From NCBI GenBank assembly GCA_963836755.1, contig CAWIKF010000002.1, positions 96,001-160,000 of the forward strand: a stretch of 64,000 nucleotides of DNA, read 5' to 3'. This DNA is from an uncultured Verrucomicrobiae bacterium. GTDB lineage: Bacteria > Verrucomicrobiota > Verrucomicrobiia > Chthoniobacterales > Chthoniobacteraceae. The notes under the pieces are model-generated. The model was given only the letters and a program-made list of their open reading frames with translations, did not search any database and had not been told where the DNA came from. The translations under genes and the position numbers were made by a program. Positions 22,435 through 33,230 of this stretch are shown here, one piece after another (within the stretch, counting starts at the first letter, position 1; the number at the start of each line of letters is the position of its first letter).

Positions 22435-22850
22435 TGCGCCGCTTTTCGCAAAAGCACGGATTTTCGACGCTCTCGGAAATCAACGTGACGCCGCTGCTCG
22501 ATCTCGCATTCGTGTTGCTGATCATCTTCATCATCACCACGCCACTGATGGATAAAAGCATGGATCTGGTGGTGCCATCGAGCGCCGCGGCGAAGAACGC
22601 GGTCGATCTTTCCGCGGTGGAATCGATCTCGATCGATCGCAACTCCGTTATCAAGTTGGATAACAATGTCGTCGCGCTCGACGAACTGGGATCGCAGCTC
22701 ACGATTTTAAAAAATCAAAAACCGGAAATCGCGGTCGTGATTCGCTCCGACAAGGAATTGCCGGTGCAAAAATTGATCGACGTGATGGACGCGGTGAAGC
22801 AGGCGCAGATCACGAAAGTGGGCGTCGTCACCAGCCCGGAGAAGGAGTAA
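22434..22850 (+). CDS. tolR: TolR/ExbD
   Basis: EINVTPLLDLAFVLLIIFIITTP, IRSDK. Confidence 0.93.
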   Translation: MRRFSQKHGFSTLSEINVTPLLDLAFVLLIIFIITTPLMDKSMDLVVPSSAAAKNAVDLSAVESISIDRNSVIKLDNNVVALDELGSQLTILKNQKPEIAVVIRSDKELPVQKLIDVMDAVKQAQITKVGVVTSPEKE

Positions 22851-22858
22851 CCACGGGC

Positions 22859-23818
22859 GTGAGCGATTGGCGCGACCAGCCGCCGGACGCTTCCCGCGAC
22901 GGCAACGAGACAAAGTTCCAGCGCAACTTGCTCCTCATCGCTGCGGCGCATCTTGTGTTGATTGCGACTCTCTGGATTCTCACGCGCGGCTCATCGGCGC
23001 AACCGCACGAGGACGTGACGTGGCTCGATGGCGGAGCACTCGCCGCAGCTCAGGAAAATCCCGCCGAAGAACAGGAGACGCCGATGCCGGAGCCTGAGGA
23101 AAAAGAAGTGCCGACTCCCGCGCCCGAGCCGGAAAAAGAAGAACCCAAACAAACCGCACCGAGCGAAATTGCACTGCCCAGCGCGACCCCGAAGCCGGAG
23201 GAAACGCCGACGCCGAAGCCAACCGAAACTCCGAAACCGACTCCTCGCGAAACCCCGAAGCCGACGCCAAAACCGACGCCGAAAGCGAAGCCAAAACCGT
23301 CTGCGAAGCCGAAGCCTAGTGCTGCGCACAAAAAAGAAACGCCAGCGAAATCAAAATCTTCCCGTTCGCCGAAGCCTTCGAAAAACGACGACGAATCGGA
23401 AAAAAAGAAGGGCGATTTTTTAAACGCAAAAAATGGCGCCGATGAAAAATCTGGCACTGCGGTTGGAACCGGAGGCGGCAATCGCGGCGGCACGGGACAC
23501 ACCGGCGGCGGCAATCACGAGTCCGATTACGGCTGGTATTTCGCGATGATTCACGATCGGTTTTATGCGCGCTGGGAGCAGCCGACCTCGATCATGTCGT
23601 CGAGCCAGCGGTTCGTGAGCACGGTGAAAATCCGCATCACGAAAAGTGGAAAAATTTCCGACGTGAGCCTCGCCAACCCTTCGGGCAACATGGTAATGGA
23701 TGAATCTGTCATGGCCGCGGCGCGGCGCGTGTTGCAGATCGATCCGCTGCCCGCGGGGCTGGGCGGCGATTTTTACGAAGTCAAAATCAACTTTGAATTA
23801 AGCCAGCAAAATCAGTGA
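22859..23818 (+). CDS. tolA: TolA/TonB-like protein
   Basis: N-terminal TM with His, EP/PKPT-rich linker, TonB C-terminal domain (SGN..MDESV..A). Confidence 0.85.
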   Translation: MSDWRDQPPDASRDGNETKFQRNLLLIAAAHLVLIATLWILTRGSSAQPHEDVTWLDGGALAAAQENPAEEQETPMPEPEEKEVPTPAPEPEKEEPKQTAPSEIALPSATPKPEETPTPKPTETPKPTPRETPKPTPKPTPKAKPKPSAKPKPSAAHKKETPAKSKSSRSPKPSKNDDESEKKKGDFLNAKNGADEKSGTAVGTGGGNRGGTGHTGGGNHESDYGWYFAMIHDRFYARWEQPTSIMSSSQRFVSTVKIRITKSGKISDVSLANPSGNMVMDESVMAAARRVLQIDPLPAGLGGDFYEVKINFELSQQNQ

Positions 23819-24963
23819 AAACAATCTTTGTCACAGTGTTTACTTTCATCGCGTTCTTCGGCGGCAGCCTACTTGCCGCGGAGCCGCCGACGATCACCAT
23901 CAACAAAAGCGATACGGTTGCCATCGCGGTCTCTCCGATCACCGGAGCGGACGGCGCGGCGATTACGAAAATCGTGCAAAACGACCTCGCGATTTCGGGC
24001 TATTTCAGCGTGACGGGCGGTGGCGGCGCGGCGCTGGTGGTGAGCGGCGCATCGGGCGGCTCGGGTTTGCAGGGAAAGGTGACCGATCACGCCGGGAAGG
24101 TCGCGCTTTCGAGCGTCTACAACGGCAGCATGCGCACGCGGGCGCATGAATTTGCCAATGACATCATCCGCACGCTGACCGGCAATCCGGGCATGGCCGG
24201 GACGAAGATCGCATTCGTCGCGACGAAGACGGGGCGCAAGGAAATTTACACGGCGGATTATGACGGCTCGAATGTCCAGCAACTCACTCGCGATAACAGC
24301 ATCAGCGTCGGCCCGGCGCTGAGTCCGGACGGCCGCAAGCTCGCCTACACCGGCTATAAAATGGGCTACGCGGACATTTATCTCATCGATCTCGCCAGCG
24401 GATCGCGCGAGCGCATTGTGAAATTTCCCGGCACAAATTCCGGCCCCGCATTTTCGCCCGAGGGGAACAAAATCGCGTGCAGCATCAGCAAGGATGGGAA
24501 TCCCGAGCTTTACGTTTGCGGCGCGGGCGGCGGCGGCGCGCATCGGCTCACACACACGCCGGGCGTCGAGTCGTCGCCGACCTGGTCGCCCGACGGCGGC
24601 GAGATTATTTATTCCTACGACGATCACGGGCCGCAGCTTTATCGCATTTCTTCCGGCGGCGGCGGCGGGCGCTCGATTGCGACCGGCTACGGCTATTGCA
24701 CGGAACCGAACTGGTCGCCGGATGGGAAAAAAATCGTGTTTAACATCCGTCAAGGCGGCAGCTTTCAGGTCGCGCTCCTCGATCTCGGCGGCGGCCAAAC
24801 GCGTGTGCTCGCTAGCGGCGAACGGCCCGCGTGGGGCCCGGATTCGCGGCACGTCATCTACGCGAGCGGCGGCGCGCTTTTTCTCCTCGACACACAAACC
24901 GGCCGCAAAGTTAAAGTCCTCGACGGGCTCGGAAAAATCTCCGAGCCGGCGTGGTCGCACTGA
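23815..24963 (+). CDS. tolB: TolB beta-propeller protein
   Basis: TKIAFV, EIYTADYDG, repeated P.WSPDG (PD40). Confidence 0.93.
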   Translation: MKTIFVTVFTFIAFFGGSLLAAEPPTITINKSDTVAIAVSPITGADGAAITKIVQNDLAISGYFSVTGGGGAALVVSGASGGSGLQGKVTDHAGKVALSSVYNGSMRTRAHEFANDIIRTLTGNPGMAGTKIAFVATKTGRKEIYTADYDGSNVQQLTRDNSISVGPALSPDGRKLAYTGYKMGYADIYLIDLASGSRERIVKFPGTNSGPAFSPEGNKIACSISKDGNPELYVCGAGGGGAHRLTHTPGVESSPTWSPDGGEIIYSYDDHGPQLYRISSGGGGGRSIATGYGYCTEPNWSPDGKKIVFNIRQGGSFQVALLDLGGGQTRVLASGERPAWGPDSRHVIYASGGALFLLDTQTGRKVKVLDGLGKISEPAWSH

Positions 24964-24986
24964 CCTGCTGCAATTTTTAAAAAAAA

Positions 24987-25508
24987 ATGAAAAAGTTCTC
25001 GCAAACCCTGATCAATACAGCCTTCGCCGTCACTTTGAGTCTCGCGCTCAGCTCCTGCGCCGCATTTAAAAAGAAAGGCGCGAATGGCGGCTCCGGGGCC
25101 GACGGCGATTACGTCAACGGCACGCCGCTGCCTGACCGGCAGGAAGGCGTTTCCTTCATGAGCGACAATGTCGACAAGACAAAATTCAAGCCGGTTCATT
25201 TCGCCTTTGACAGCTTTTCGGTCGAACCGGATGACCAGAGCAAACTCGATGAAGTCGCGAACTTTCTTCAAAGCGGCTCAAGCACCGTCATCATCGCCGG
25301 CTTCACTGACGAGCGCGGCACGCCGGAATACAACCGCGGCCTCGGCGAGCGGCGCGCCGGTGCGGTGCGCGAGTATTTGATCCAGCACGGCGCGTCCGCG
25401 GACAAAGTCCAGACCGTCAGCTTCGGTGCGGAAATGCCGGCTGATTCCGGCTCGAACGAATCCGCTTGGGCGAAAAATCGCCGCGCGGAATTCGGCGTGG
25501 TGCGGTGA
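24987..25508 (+). CDS. pal: Peptidoglycan-associated lipoprotein (OmpA family)
   Basis: Lipobox LSSC, GFTDERGTPEYNRGLGERRA, KNRRAEF. Confidence 0.93.
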   Translation: MKKFSQTLINTAFAVTLSLALSSCAAFKKKGANGGSGADGDYVNGTPLPDRQEGVSFMSDNVDKTKFKPVHFAFDSFSVEPDDQSKLDEVANFLQSGSSTVIIAGFTDERGTPEYNRGLGERRAGAVREYLIQHGASADKVQTVSFGAEMPADSGSNESAWAKNRRAEFGVVR

Positions 25509-25529
25509 CTTTATCGCACCAATGACGGC

Positions 25530-26738
25530 GTGAAAAAAGAGATCATCGTCGTCTCGCGCTCGTGCAACAAGAATTCCGGCAGCGAATCCGGGAAAGGCTA
25601 TCACTGGAGCGCTGCGCTGGCGCATTTTTACCGCGTCCACCTCGTGCATGGGAATGCCGAAGGATTTACAGCTCCCGATGGAATCGAGGAATCGTATGTC
25701 ACCCCGACGCGCGTCAATACATGGAAATTTCCCCGAGGTTATCTCCTTTACTCCCGATGGTGTGAGGAAGTGGTGGACCTTTGCCGCCGCCTCATTTCGC
25801 GGCATCAAATCGCCGGGCTCCATCATGCGACTTTAGGCAGCTTTCGCATTCTTCCGCGTTACGATTTGCTCGGTATCCCCTACAGCTTGGGGCCGCTGGG
25901 CGGGGGCGAGTGCCTTCCTCCCGAATTTCTTTTGTCTGCCGGCTTACCGCCGAAGCAGTTGGTCATGGAGACCCTTCGTCCATGGATCAACACGGCTTGT
26001 GTCTTGCGGCCGAAAATTCATGCCGTGCTTTCTCATTCCCGGCTGGCAATAGCGACGACGGAACAGTCTGCTGCAGTTCTGCGCAAAGGTGGCGCACGGA
26101 ATGTGACGGTGAAATTTCCTGATGTCGTTGAGACTTCGCCCGTAGAAGGCGATGTGATCGGCGGCCGGGGAAGACAGGCGGCCGACCTGAAAAAAATGTT
26201 CTGCTTGATCTGGTCAGGTCGCGGTCTTTGGTGGAAAGGCGGACAGCTTGCGATCGAATTTGCGCACCGGTTGCGCAAGCGAGGTATTGCAGTCCGGCTC
26301 GACATCTATTCGGAAGGTCCAGCGCTCCCCGTGCTCAAAAAAAAGGTGAACAGGTTGGGTTTGGAAGAGTGCGTCTTCTTCAGAGGATTGGTCTCACGCG
26401 CCGACCTTTTTGATGCCTACGCCCGCTCCCATCTTTACGTCTATCCCTCCATGCACGATTCCTCCAGCAGCGCGATTCCCGAAGCCTACAGTGCGGCTCT
26501 TCCATCCATGACCTTGGGAATCGGTGGCGTGAGCGTGGCTGCCACTCCCGCCGCTGGATTGAATGAAAAATTCGCGACGATCGAGCAATGGCTGGAGGCC
26601 GGCGTGGAGAAAGTCACCTCCTGGATTCAAAATCCAAAGGAATGGGTGGCGGCATGCGAGGCTGCGTTCGAGCGCTCCAGTTCCTTTAACTCATCGCATC
26701 TCCGCGAATTCGTTGGAAACCATCTTACTATCTACTAA
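25530..26738 (+). CDS. Glycosyltransferase family 4
   Basis: SGSESGKG, GRGLWWKG, YPSMHDSSSSAIPEA. Confidence 0.85.
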   Translation: MKKEIIVVSRSCNKNSGSESGKGYHWSAALAHFYRVHLVHGNAEGFTAPDGIEESYVTPTRVNTWKFPRGYLLYSRWCEEVVDLCRRLISRHQIAGLHHATLGSFRILPRYDLLGIPYSLGPLGGGECLPPEFLLSAGLPPKQLVMETLRPWINTACVLRPKIHAVLSHSRLAIATTEQSAAVLRKGGARNVTVKFPDVVETSPVEGDVIGGRGRQAADLKKMFCLIWSGRGLWWKGGQLAIEFAHRLRKRGIAVRLDIYSEGPALPVLKKKVNRLGLEECVFFRGLVSRADLFDAYARSHLYVYPSMHDSSSSAIPEAYSAALPSMTLGIGGVSVAATPAAGLNEKFATIEQWLEAGVEKVTSWIQNPKEWVAACEAAFERSSSFNSSHLREFVGNHLTIY

Positions 26739-26796
26739 ATGATGGTTCCCTCGTTTTGAAACTTTTCCACAATTCCCAGCTACATCATCGCCGCGA

Positions 26797-27918
26797 ATGC
26801 CCTGGCAGTTCGACTATCTGATTGTCGGTGCCGGGTTCGCCGGCTCCGTCTTGGCTGAGCGTCTGGCCTCTCAGCGCGGCCAAACTTCTCTCATCGTGGA
26901 AAAGCGCGCCCACATCGGCGGCAACGCGTATGACAAATACGACGATGCCGGCGTCCTCATTCATAACTACGGTCCGCATTATTTTCGCACCAACTCCGAG
27001 CGCATCGTCACCTACCTCAGCCAGTTCACAGAGTGGCATCCTATCGATTACAAAATCCTTTCGTGGTCCGATGGCCGCTATTGGCAATTCCCCATCAATC
27101 TCAACACCTTCGAGCAACTCATCGGCCATCCCTCCACATCCGAGGAAATGGAAGCGACGCTTGCGAAATGGCGCATCCCAATTGCCGAACCGAAAAACTC
27201 CGAGGAAGTCATCGTCTCGCAAGTTGGCCATGAGCTTTACGAGAAGTTTTTCAAAAACTACACGCGCAAGCAGTGGCAGCGCGATCCGAAAGACCTTGAT
27301 CCTAGCGTCTGCGGCCGCATTCCCATCCGCACCAACCGCGACGACCGCTACCTCTCGGACAAATTCCAGGCACTGCCAGCCGCCGGCTACACGCGCATGT
27401 TCGAGCGCATGCTCGCGCACCCGAAGATTCGCATTTTGCTCAAAACCGACTATCGGGAAGTTTTACCCCACGTAAAATTTCGGCACATGATTTACACCGG
27501 CCCGATTGACGAGTATTTCGACGGCTGCTTCGGCCCGCTTCCGTATCGTTCGCTTCGCTTCGAACCCGAAACGCTACAGCAGGAATACTTCCAGCCCGTC
27601 ATGCAGGTCAACTACCCGAACGATCACGACTTCACCCGCATCGTTGAAATCAAACACGCAACCGGCCAGAAAATTCCCGTCACCACCATTGTCCGCGAAT
27701 ATCCGCAGGATTACGGTCCGAGCCGAGAGCCCTACTATCCGATTCCAGCTCCAGACGCCAAAGCTCTTTACGATCAATACGCCGCCCGGGCCGCACTGGA
27801 AAAGAACGTCAGCTTTGTAGGCCGGCTCGCGACTTATCGCTATTACAACATGGACCAGATTGTAGGCATGGCCTTGGGAGAATTTGAGAAGCTCCGCGAT
27901 TTCGATGACTACAAGTAA
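26797..27918 (+). CDS. glf: UDP-galactopyranose mutase
   Basis: VGAGFAG, HIGGNAYD, YGPHYF, EPYYP, GRLATYRYYNMDQ. Confidence 0.96.
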   Translation: MPWQFDYLIVGAGFAGSVLAERLASQRGQTSLIVEKRAHIGGNAYDKYDDAGVLIHNYGPHYFRTNSERIVTYLSQFTEWHPIDYKILSWSDGRYWQFPINLNTFEQLIGHPSTSEEMEATLAKWRIPIAEPKNSEEVIVSQVGHELYEKFFKNYTRKQWQRDPKDLDPSVCGRIPIRTNRDDRYLSDKFQALPAAGYTRMFERMLAHPKIRILLKTDYREVLPHVKFRHMIYTGPIDEYFDGCFGPLPYRSLRFEPETLQQEYFQPVMQVNYPNDHDFTRIVEIKHATGQKIPVTTIVREYPQDYGPSREPYYPIPAPDAKALYDQYAARAALEKNVSFVGRLATYRYYNMDQIVGMALGEFEKLRDFDDYK

Positions 27919-28110
27919 CCAATTAGACTCTTCGGATCACTGACTGGACTTCCCGCAACCGCTCGAATCGTCGATTGACAGCCACGGCAACTAAAAGTAT
28001 CCGCAAGCTGTGACCTTTCCCCCTGTGTTCGCAATACATGCATGTTTGAGACGGGTCGATTGGTCACCGCTAGGCCTTCAGAAAGCCATTTTTTAAACCC
28101 CGAACCGGCC

Positions 28111-28830
28111 ATGATGACGAATCCGGAACCTATGAATTCCCCGCCCTGTGTTTCTGTGGTGATGCCGCTTTATAACGAAGCCGCTACGATCGCGGAAGTG
28201 ATCGACGTGGTGCTGCGCCAGCCTTGCGTGGCAGAATTGATCGTGGTCGACGACTGCTCAAGCGATGGCTCTTGGGATGTCGTAACCAAGCTGGCCTCAA
28301 ATGATAGCCGCATCAAAACCTTTCGCCACGTTGTCAATCAGGGGAAAGGGGCCGCGCTTCGCACAGGATTCGCAAAGGCGAACGCGAAGATTATTCTCAT
28401 CCAGGATGCGGACCTCGAATATGACCCAGGCGAATATGAAACCTTGATTCATCCAATCCTCATCGATCGCGCCGATGTCGTTTTCGGATCACGTTTCTCC
28501 GGTGCGGGCGCCCACAGGGTTCTTTATTACTGGCATTCGGTCGGCAACCGAATCCTGACGACGCTCTCGAACATGGCGACCAACATCAACCTCTCGGACA
28601 TGGAGTCTTGCTATAAAGTATTTCGCCGTGAGGTGCTGGAAAAAATCTCCATCGAAGAAAGCCGGTTTGGCTTTGAACCAGAAATTACGGCGAAGGTCGC
28701 GCGACTTGGCGCGCGAATTTTTGAAGTGCCAGTTTCCTACTATGGACGCACTTATGAAGAAGGGAAAAAAATCAACTGGAAGGACGGCGTCAGCGCGCTC
28801 AGGTGTATTTGGAAATACAACTTCCGATGA
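28111..28830 (+). CDS. GT2 polyprenol-phosphate glycosyltransferase (DPM-synthase-like)
   Basis: VVDDCSSDG, NQGKGAAL, QDADLEYDP, EGKKINWKDG. Start uncertain. Confidence 0.92.
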   Translation: MMTNPEPMNSPPCVSVVMPLYNEAATIAEVIDVVLRQPCVAELIVVDDCSSDGSWDVVTKLASNDSRIKTFRHVVNQGKGAALRTGFAKANAKIILIQDADLEYDPGEYETLIHPILIDRADVVFGSRFSGAGAHRVLYYWHSVGNRILTTLSNMATNINLSDMESCYKVFRREVLEKISIEESRFGFEPEITAKVARLGARIFEVPVSYYGRTYEEGKKINWKDGVSALRCIWKYNFR

Positions 28831-29546
28831 GCCTCCAAACTCCCAATGCAATGGCGAGCAATGGCGACTTCGAGTTTGCAGCCTTGCAGGAAGCGAAGAA
28901 CTACCGTGAAACTTTGATCCGGGAGTTTGCTCCATACCTTTGCGGCGATGTGATTGAAATTGGCGCTGGGATTGGTCAGATGACCGAGCTCCTTCTTCAA
29001 AATTCCGAGATCAAGCGTCTCATCGCAGTCGAGCCTGAAGCCGCCTTTGCACAGAAGCATCGTGCACAATTTCCAAGTCATGAGTTGATAGAAGGTGTCA
29101 TCGATCACGTTCCAGCGGGTTCCAAATGGGATGCCATCCTAAGCATCAATGTTCTCGAGCACATCGGTGAGGACGAGCGCGAGTTGGCTAAGTATGCAGA
29201 TTTGCTTCGCGAGCGCCGCGGCACTCTTTGCCTTTTTGTTCCGGCGCGACAGGAAATTTACTCCCCGATCGACAAAGACTTCGGCCACTTTCGTCGCTAC
29301 TCCCGGGCCGAACTTGCAGGCAAATTATCCCGTGCCGGTTTTGAAGTCTTGCGGCTGGACTACTTTAACTCCCTCGGCTACCTCGCATGGTGGCTCAATT
29401 TTCGCGTGCTGAAGAAGCGGTCTTTTGAAATCGAAAAAGTCCGCCTCTATGATAGGATGATTTTTCCGATGGTCCATTTCTTCGAGTCAAAAATATTCAG
29501 GCCTCTCATCGGCCAGAGTTTGCTTAGTGTAGTGCGTATCGCGTGA
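28827..29546 (+). CDS. Class I SAM methyltransferase
   Basis: EIGAGIG, NVLEHI, D..FGHFRRY. Confidence 0.88.
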   Translation: MSLQTPNAMASNGDFEFAALQEAKNYRETLIREFAPYLCGDVIEIGAGIGQMTELLLQNSEIKRLIAVEPEAAFAQKHRAQFPSHELIEGVIDHVPAGSKWDAILSINVLEHIGEDERELAKYADLLRERRGTLCLFVPARQEIYSPIDKDFGHFRRYSRAELAGKLSRAGFEVLRLDYFNSLGYLAWWLNFRVLKKRSFEIEKVRLYDRMIFPMVHFFESKIFRPLIGQSLLSVVRIA

Positions 29547-31459
29547 CGTGCGAAACTAAGTTGAAGGCCGGAGAGTCTCCAAGCTTGATAGCCGCGGAGC
29601 TATGGATTCTGCTCTCGGCTTTGTGCACCTTTTCCGGATGGGTCCTTTCGGTGCTCGGGCTCTTAAATGCCATCGGGTATGCTATAGCCTGCGCCGCTGG
29701 GGTCGTGCTTCTAGCTATCTGGTGGAGATATGGACGCCGCGAAGCTAGGACGTTTTGCTGGGACCGCCTTGCCAGGCACTGCTTGCATACTCGCCGGGTT
29801 TTGCCTCGGATTTTTGCTATTGCTGCATTGCTTGCATTCATAGGTGGTTTGCTCTACGCCCCGAATAACTACGACGCGCTCACTTATCGCTTCCCGCGGC
29901 TTCTCCATTGGCTTGCCGCCTCCCGCTGGCACTGGATCGACAGCCTAAATGACCGCATGAACTTCAGTGGGACCGGCGTTGAATGGATGATGGCACCAAT
30001 CTTCGTCGCAACGAAATCAGACCGGTTCTTCTTCCTGATCAACATCTGCTCCTATCTCCTCCTTCCGGGCCTTCTCTTTCAGTTCTTCAAGTCCGTGGGG
30101 ATTCAGCGACGCGTCGCGTGGCATTGGATGTGGCTCCTGCCAATGGGCTACTGCTTTGTTATGCAAGCCGGCAGCATCGGCAATGATCTTACTGCGGTTC
30201 CCTACTTTCTAGCCGCTGTCGTATTCACACGGCGAGCCGCGCTTACTGGTTCGATGAGAGACTTATCCGTAGGTCTTATCGCCGCCGCTCTTCTCAGCGG
30301 CGTCAAGCTATCGAATGCTCCCCTGATGCTCCCTTGTGCGGTCGCAGCGATACCAGCATTGCCTTTGATCAAAAAACATATCTTCGCAGCGTTGCTCGGT
30401 CTTATCGTGGCAGTCGCAGTTTCCTTCGTGCCTGTCGCCTGGCTGACCTATCGCAACTGCGGCGACTGGTCGGGCGATCCTACAAATTTTCATCAGGTGA
30501 AACTCGCCAGCCCGGTTTTCGGCTTTGCCGGCAATGCACTTCAACTCATTGAACAAAATGCTTCGCCGCCAATCGATCCTTTCACAACTCCGTGGAACAA
30601 ATTCATCACACGCGAGTTAAAGTCGGAGCCTGGGAGACTGCTCCTGAAACATTATCCGCGCCTTGACTTAAAATGGAGTGAGCTGGCGACTGAGGAAGCT
30701 GCGGGAGTAGGGCTCGGGCTGCTCTGCCTTTTCATGCTCAGCCTGGTTGTGTCACTAACTCATCCGCTCGGGCTATTGCAAAGACGCGACACTGGTTTCT
30801 GGGTCGTTGCGACCAGTCTTATGGCATTGGCCGTCTATATGGTCAAACTAGGCAGCGAGTCGGAGCCCAGGCTTGTCGCCACCTACTATCCCGCGCTGTT
30901 CGCTTTCGTCCTTCGAACTCCGGTTAATACCGCGCTAACGCGAAAATGCTGGTGGCGGTTCCTTGCTGTCCTGGCCGCAGCCAGTGCTTTGCCTGCGCTG
31001 ATCCTGGCTCCGTCGCGGCCGCTTTTCCCGGCAATGAACATCACGCAATGGCTCCACCGCCTTCATCCCGAGAATTCTGTCGTGCAACGCGCTGCGCAGG
31101 TTTACTCAACCTATGCGAACCGTAGCGATGGGCTTCAATCGCTCAGGAAATACATTCCTGATGATGTGAAAACCATCGCACTTGTTGCGACGGACGATCC
31201 GCAGATCGCGCTATGGCGACCGTTTGGACAACGGCAGGTTGTCGATTTAACCAACTGGAACGTTGATGACATCCTGCGGGTGAAAGGGGTGAAATACATC
31301 ATCGCCTCCGAGGATGAAGTTCGGGCAGAGTTTGGAGAGGATGCCGAGGGCTTCGCAAAAAGTTATGATCTTCGGGTTGTGGCGCATGAAGCGCTGACCC
31401 TTAAGATCGCCCGCGGCGCGCAGCAGTGGTATGTATTCAGGACCGAGTCCGGAGATTGA
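29543..31459 (+). CDS. Multi-TM GT-C/PMT-like membrane protein
   Basis: PNNYDALTYRFPR, GNDL, GVKLS motifs; more than 10 TM segments; follows the DPM-like GT2. Confidence 0.6.
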   Translation: MTCETKLKAGESPSLIAAELWILLSALCTFSGWVLSVLGLLNAIGYAIACAAGVVLLAIWWRYGRREARTFCWDRLARHCLHTRRVLPRIFAIAALLAFIGGLLYAPNNYDALTYRFPRLLHWLAASRWHWIDSLNDRMNFSGTGVEWMMAPIFVATKSDRFFFLINICSYLLLPGLLFQFFKSVGIQRRVAWHWMWLLPMGYCFVMQAGSIGNDLTAVPYFLAAVVFTRRAALTGSMRDLSVGLIAAALLSGVKLSNAPLMLPCAVAAIPALPLIKKHIFAALLGLIVAVAVSFVPVAWLTYRNCGDWSGDPTNFHQVKLASPVFGFAGNALQLIEQNASPPIDPFTTPWNKFITRELKSEPGRLLLKHYPRLDLKWSELATEEAAGVGLGLLCLFMLSLVVSLTHPLGLLQRRDTGFWVVATSLMALAVYMVKLGSESEPRLVATYYPALFAFVLRTPVNTALTRKCWWRFLAVLAAASALPALILAPSRPLFPAMNITQWLHRLHPENSVVQRAAQVYSTYANRSDGLQSLRKYIPDDVKTIALVATDDPQIALWRPFGQRQVVDLTNWNVDDILRVKGVKYIIASEDEVRAEFGEDAEGFAKSYDLRVVAHEALTLKIARGAQQWYVFRTESGD

Positions 31460-31560
31460 ACGTTTCTGCGCTTGCGAAGTGCATCTAAACGCGAGGCCAT
31501 TGCCTCTTTGTTTCTACTTGTGGGCATTCGACGGAGCGTTATCTTTTCCCCTGTCTTTGC

Positions 31561-33150
31561 ATGAAACTCGAGCGCATCCCCGAACTTTTCGGCGTCACTC
31601 TCGTGATTATGGGCGCGCTGGTGTTCGCGCTGTGGGCGGGCAACAAGGCAGGAAGCGGACAGGCGCATCTCGTATTTCTCATCTTCGGCGCAATCTTCGT
31701 GACGTTTCTGCTCATCAAGCTGCGTTCGAGCGCGTGGATGCTGATTCTCATCTTCTGGCCGTTGACCGGCGAGCTCGCGGTGGTTCCAGGCCATCTTTCT
31801 TTACGAGACGCGTCGATCCTGACGGTCTTCGGTGCATTTCTCATTTTCAAGGCTTTCAAGATTATCCGCATCAAGGGGACCTATGGTTGGTTCGATTGCA
31901 TCCTCCTGATCAACCTCCTCTACATCTTGAGCGTTTACATTCGCAATCCTGTCGGCACTGAGTCGATCGGTGCGACCAAGGTGGGTGGCCGGCCTTACTT
32001 CGACATTATATTCACTCTGCTCGCTTTTTGGGTTCTGGGACAGGTGAGAATGTCTGCCTCCACGGCTCGCAAGCTCCCATTCCTTCTCCTCATCGGTAAT
32101 CTCGGCGTCGGATTACTTGGATTCATCACCTACCATTTTCCTAGAACGGTGCCGCTGATTGCCCATTTCTATACGGGAGTCGATACGGAGCAGTATAATC
32201 TCACCACATCCGAAGTCCGGACGATTGATGAGCAAGAGATGAACCGCCAGCAATATCTCGCTGCACCGGCCAGCAACGGTTTCTCCTATTTGTGTGCACG
32301 CTACGTTCCCACCACGCTTTTCAATCCGCTCTACGTCGTCCGTTTCTTGCTGGCGATCACGGCGGTCCTCCTCTGCCTGAAATCGGGCCATCGTTTGACA
32401 GTTCCCACGATGCTGGCTTCCTTTTTCATCTGTCTCTATTTTCGCGAGGGGCTGCTCCCCGTTTTCAGGAATGGTCTGGTTGTAACGGTCATTCTTATGT
32501 TGGTAGTCGGTTCGCAGGGGCTTGTGGTTGATTTCCCACTCACCTTTCAGCGCTCCCTTTCATTCCTACCAGGCAAGTGGAGTCATGTGGCGGTCGCGGA
32601 CGCGGAAGCCTCGACTGAATGGCGCCGGATGATGTGGAGGACGGTCATGTCGGGTGACAAATACATCACGAGCAAGGTCTGGGGCGATGGCTTCGGCTTC
32701 ACGCATCAACAACTCAACCAGATGAAGGACAGCACCGACACCCAGGAAAATTTCATGATCAGCGGTGACGTTCACAGCGGTCCGATCTCGACGATTCGCT
32801 TTGTCGGCTATGTGGGGCTGGCTCTTTTCCTCGTGTTCATGTTTTCCCTTTCCTGGTATGCCGCCACGCTGATACGCCGTGCGCAGGGGACTCCATTCTT
32901 TTTCGCGGCCTTGTTCGTTGGCGTCCCTCCGATCTACCTTCCCTTTTCGTTTATTTTCATCGCAGGGGCCTACGCCAATGACATCGTCAATTCCATCATG
33001 ACTTTCGCCCTTCTGAAACTGGTGGATGACTCTCTGCGCGATTACCGGAAGCGGCACCAAAATGACAAGGAGGAGCGACCGGCTCCCCGGAAACTGGGGC
33101 CTGCGCACAGACAGTTGGTTCCTCTTCGATCTACTCTCGTCGTCAGATGA
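31561..33150 (+). CDS. O-antigen polymerase/ligase (Wzy/WaaL)-like membrane protein
   Basis: Multi-TM, SGHR, STEWRRMMW, WGDGFG, VHSG...GYVGL. Confidence 0.75.
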   Translation: MKLERIPELFGVTLVIMGALVFALWAGNKAGSGQAHLVFLIFGAIFVTFLLIKLRSSAWMLILIFWPLTGELAVVPGHLSLRDASILTVFGAFLIFKAFKIIRIKGTYGWFDCILLINLLYILSVYIRNPVGTESIGATKVGGRPYFDIIFTLLAFWVLGQVRMSASTARKLPFLLLIGNLGVGLLGFITYHFPRTVPLIAHFYTGVDTEQYNLTTSEVRTIDEQEMNRQQYLAAPASNGFSYLCARYVPTTLFNPLYVVRFLLAITAVLLCLKSGHRLTVPTMLASFFICLYFREGLLPVFRNGLVVTVILMLVVGSQGLVVDFPLTFQRSLSFLPGKWSHVAVADAEASTEWRRMMWRTVMSGDKYITSKVWGDGFGFTHQQLNQMKDSTDTQENFMISGDVHSGPISTIRFVGYVGLALFLVFMFSLSWYAATLIRRAQGTPFFFAALFVGVPPIYLPFSFIFIAGAYANDIVNSIMTFALLKLVDDSLRDYRKRHQNDKEERPAPRKLGPAHRQLVPLRSTLVVR

Positions 33151-33230
33151 TCTACACGGATCCGGGGCTGGAACGCCGGAAACATTGACGCCGTTAGGTT
33201 TCATCCCCAACCTGAAATCTGCGCTTCTTA

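Noticed and set aside
23080..23400. Short DNA repeats (CCGACGCCGAA-like)
   Set aside because: Explained by the PKPT/EP-rich TolA linker.
25509..25530. Integrase/att site or IS at the glycan-island boundary
   Set aside because: No tRNA, integrase, transposase, terminal repeats or target duplication seen.
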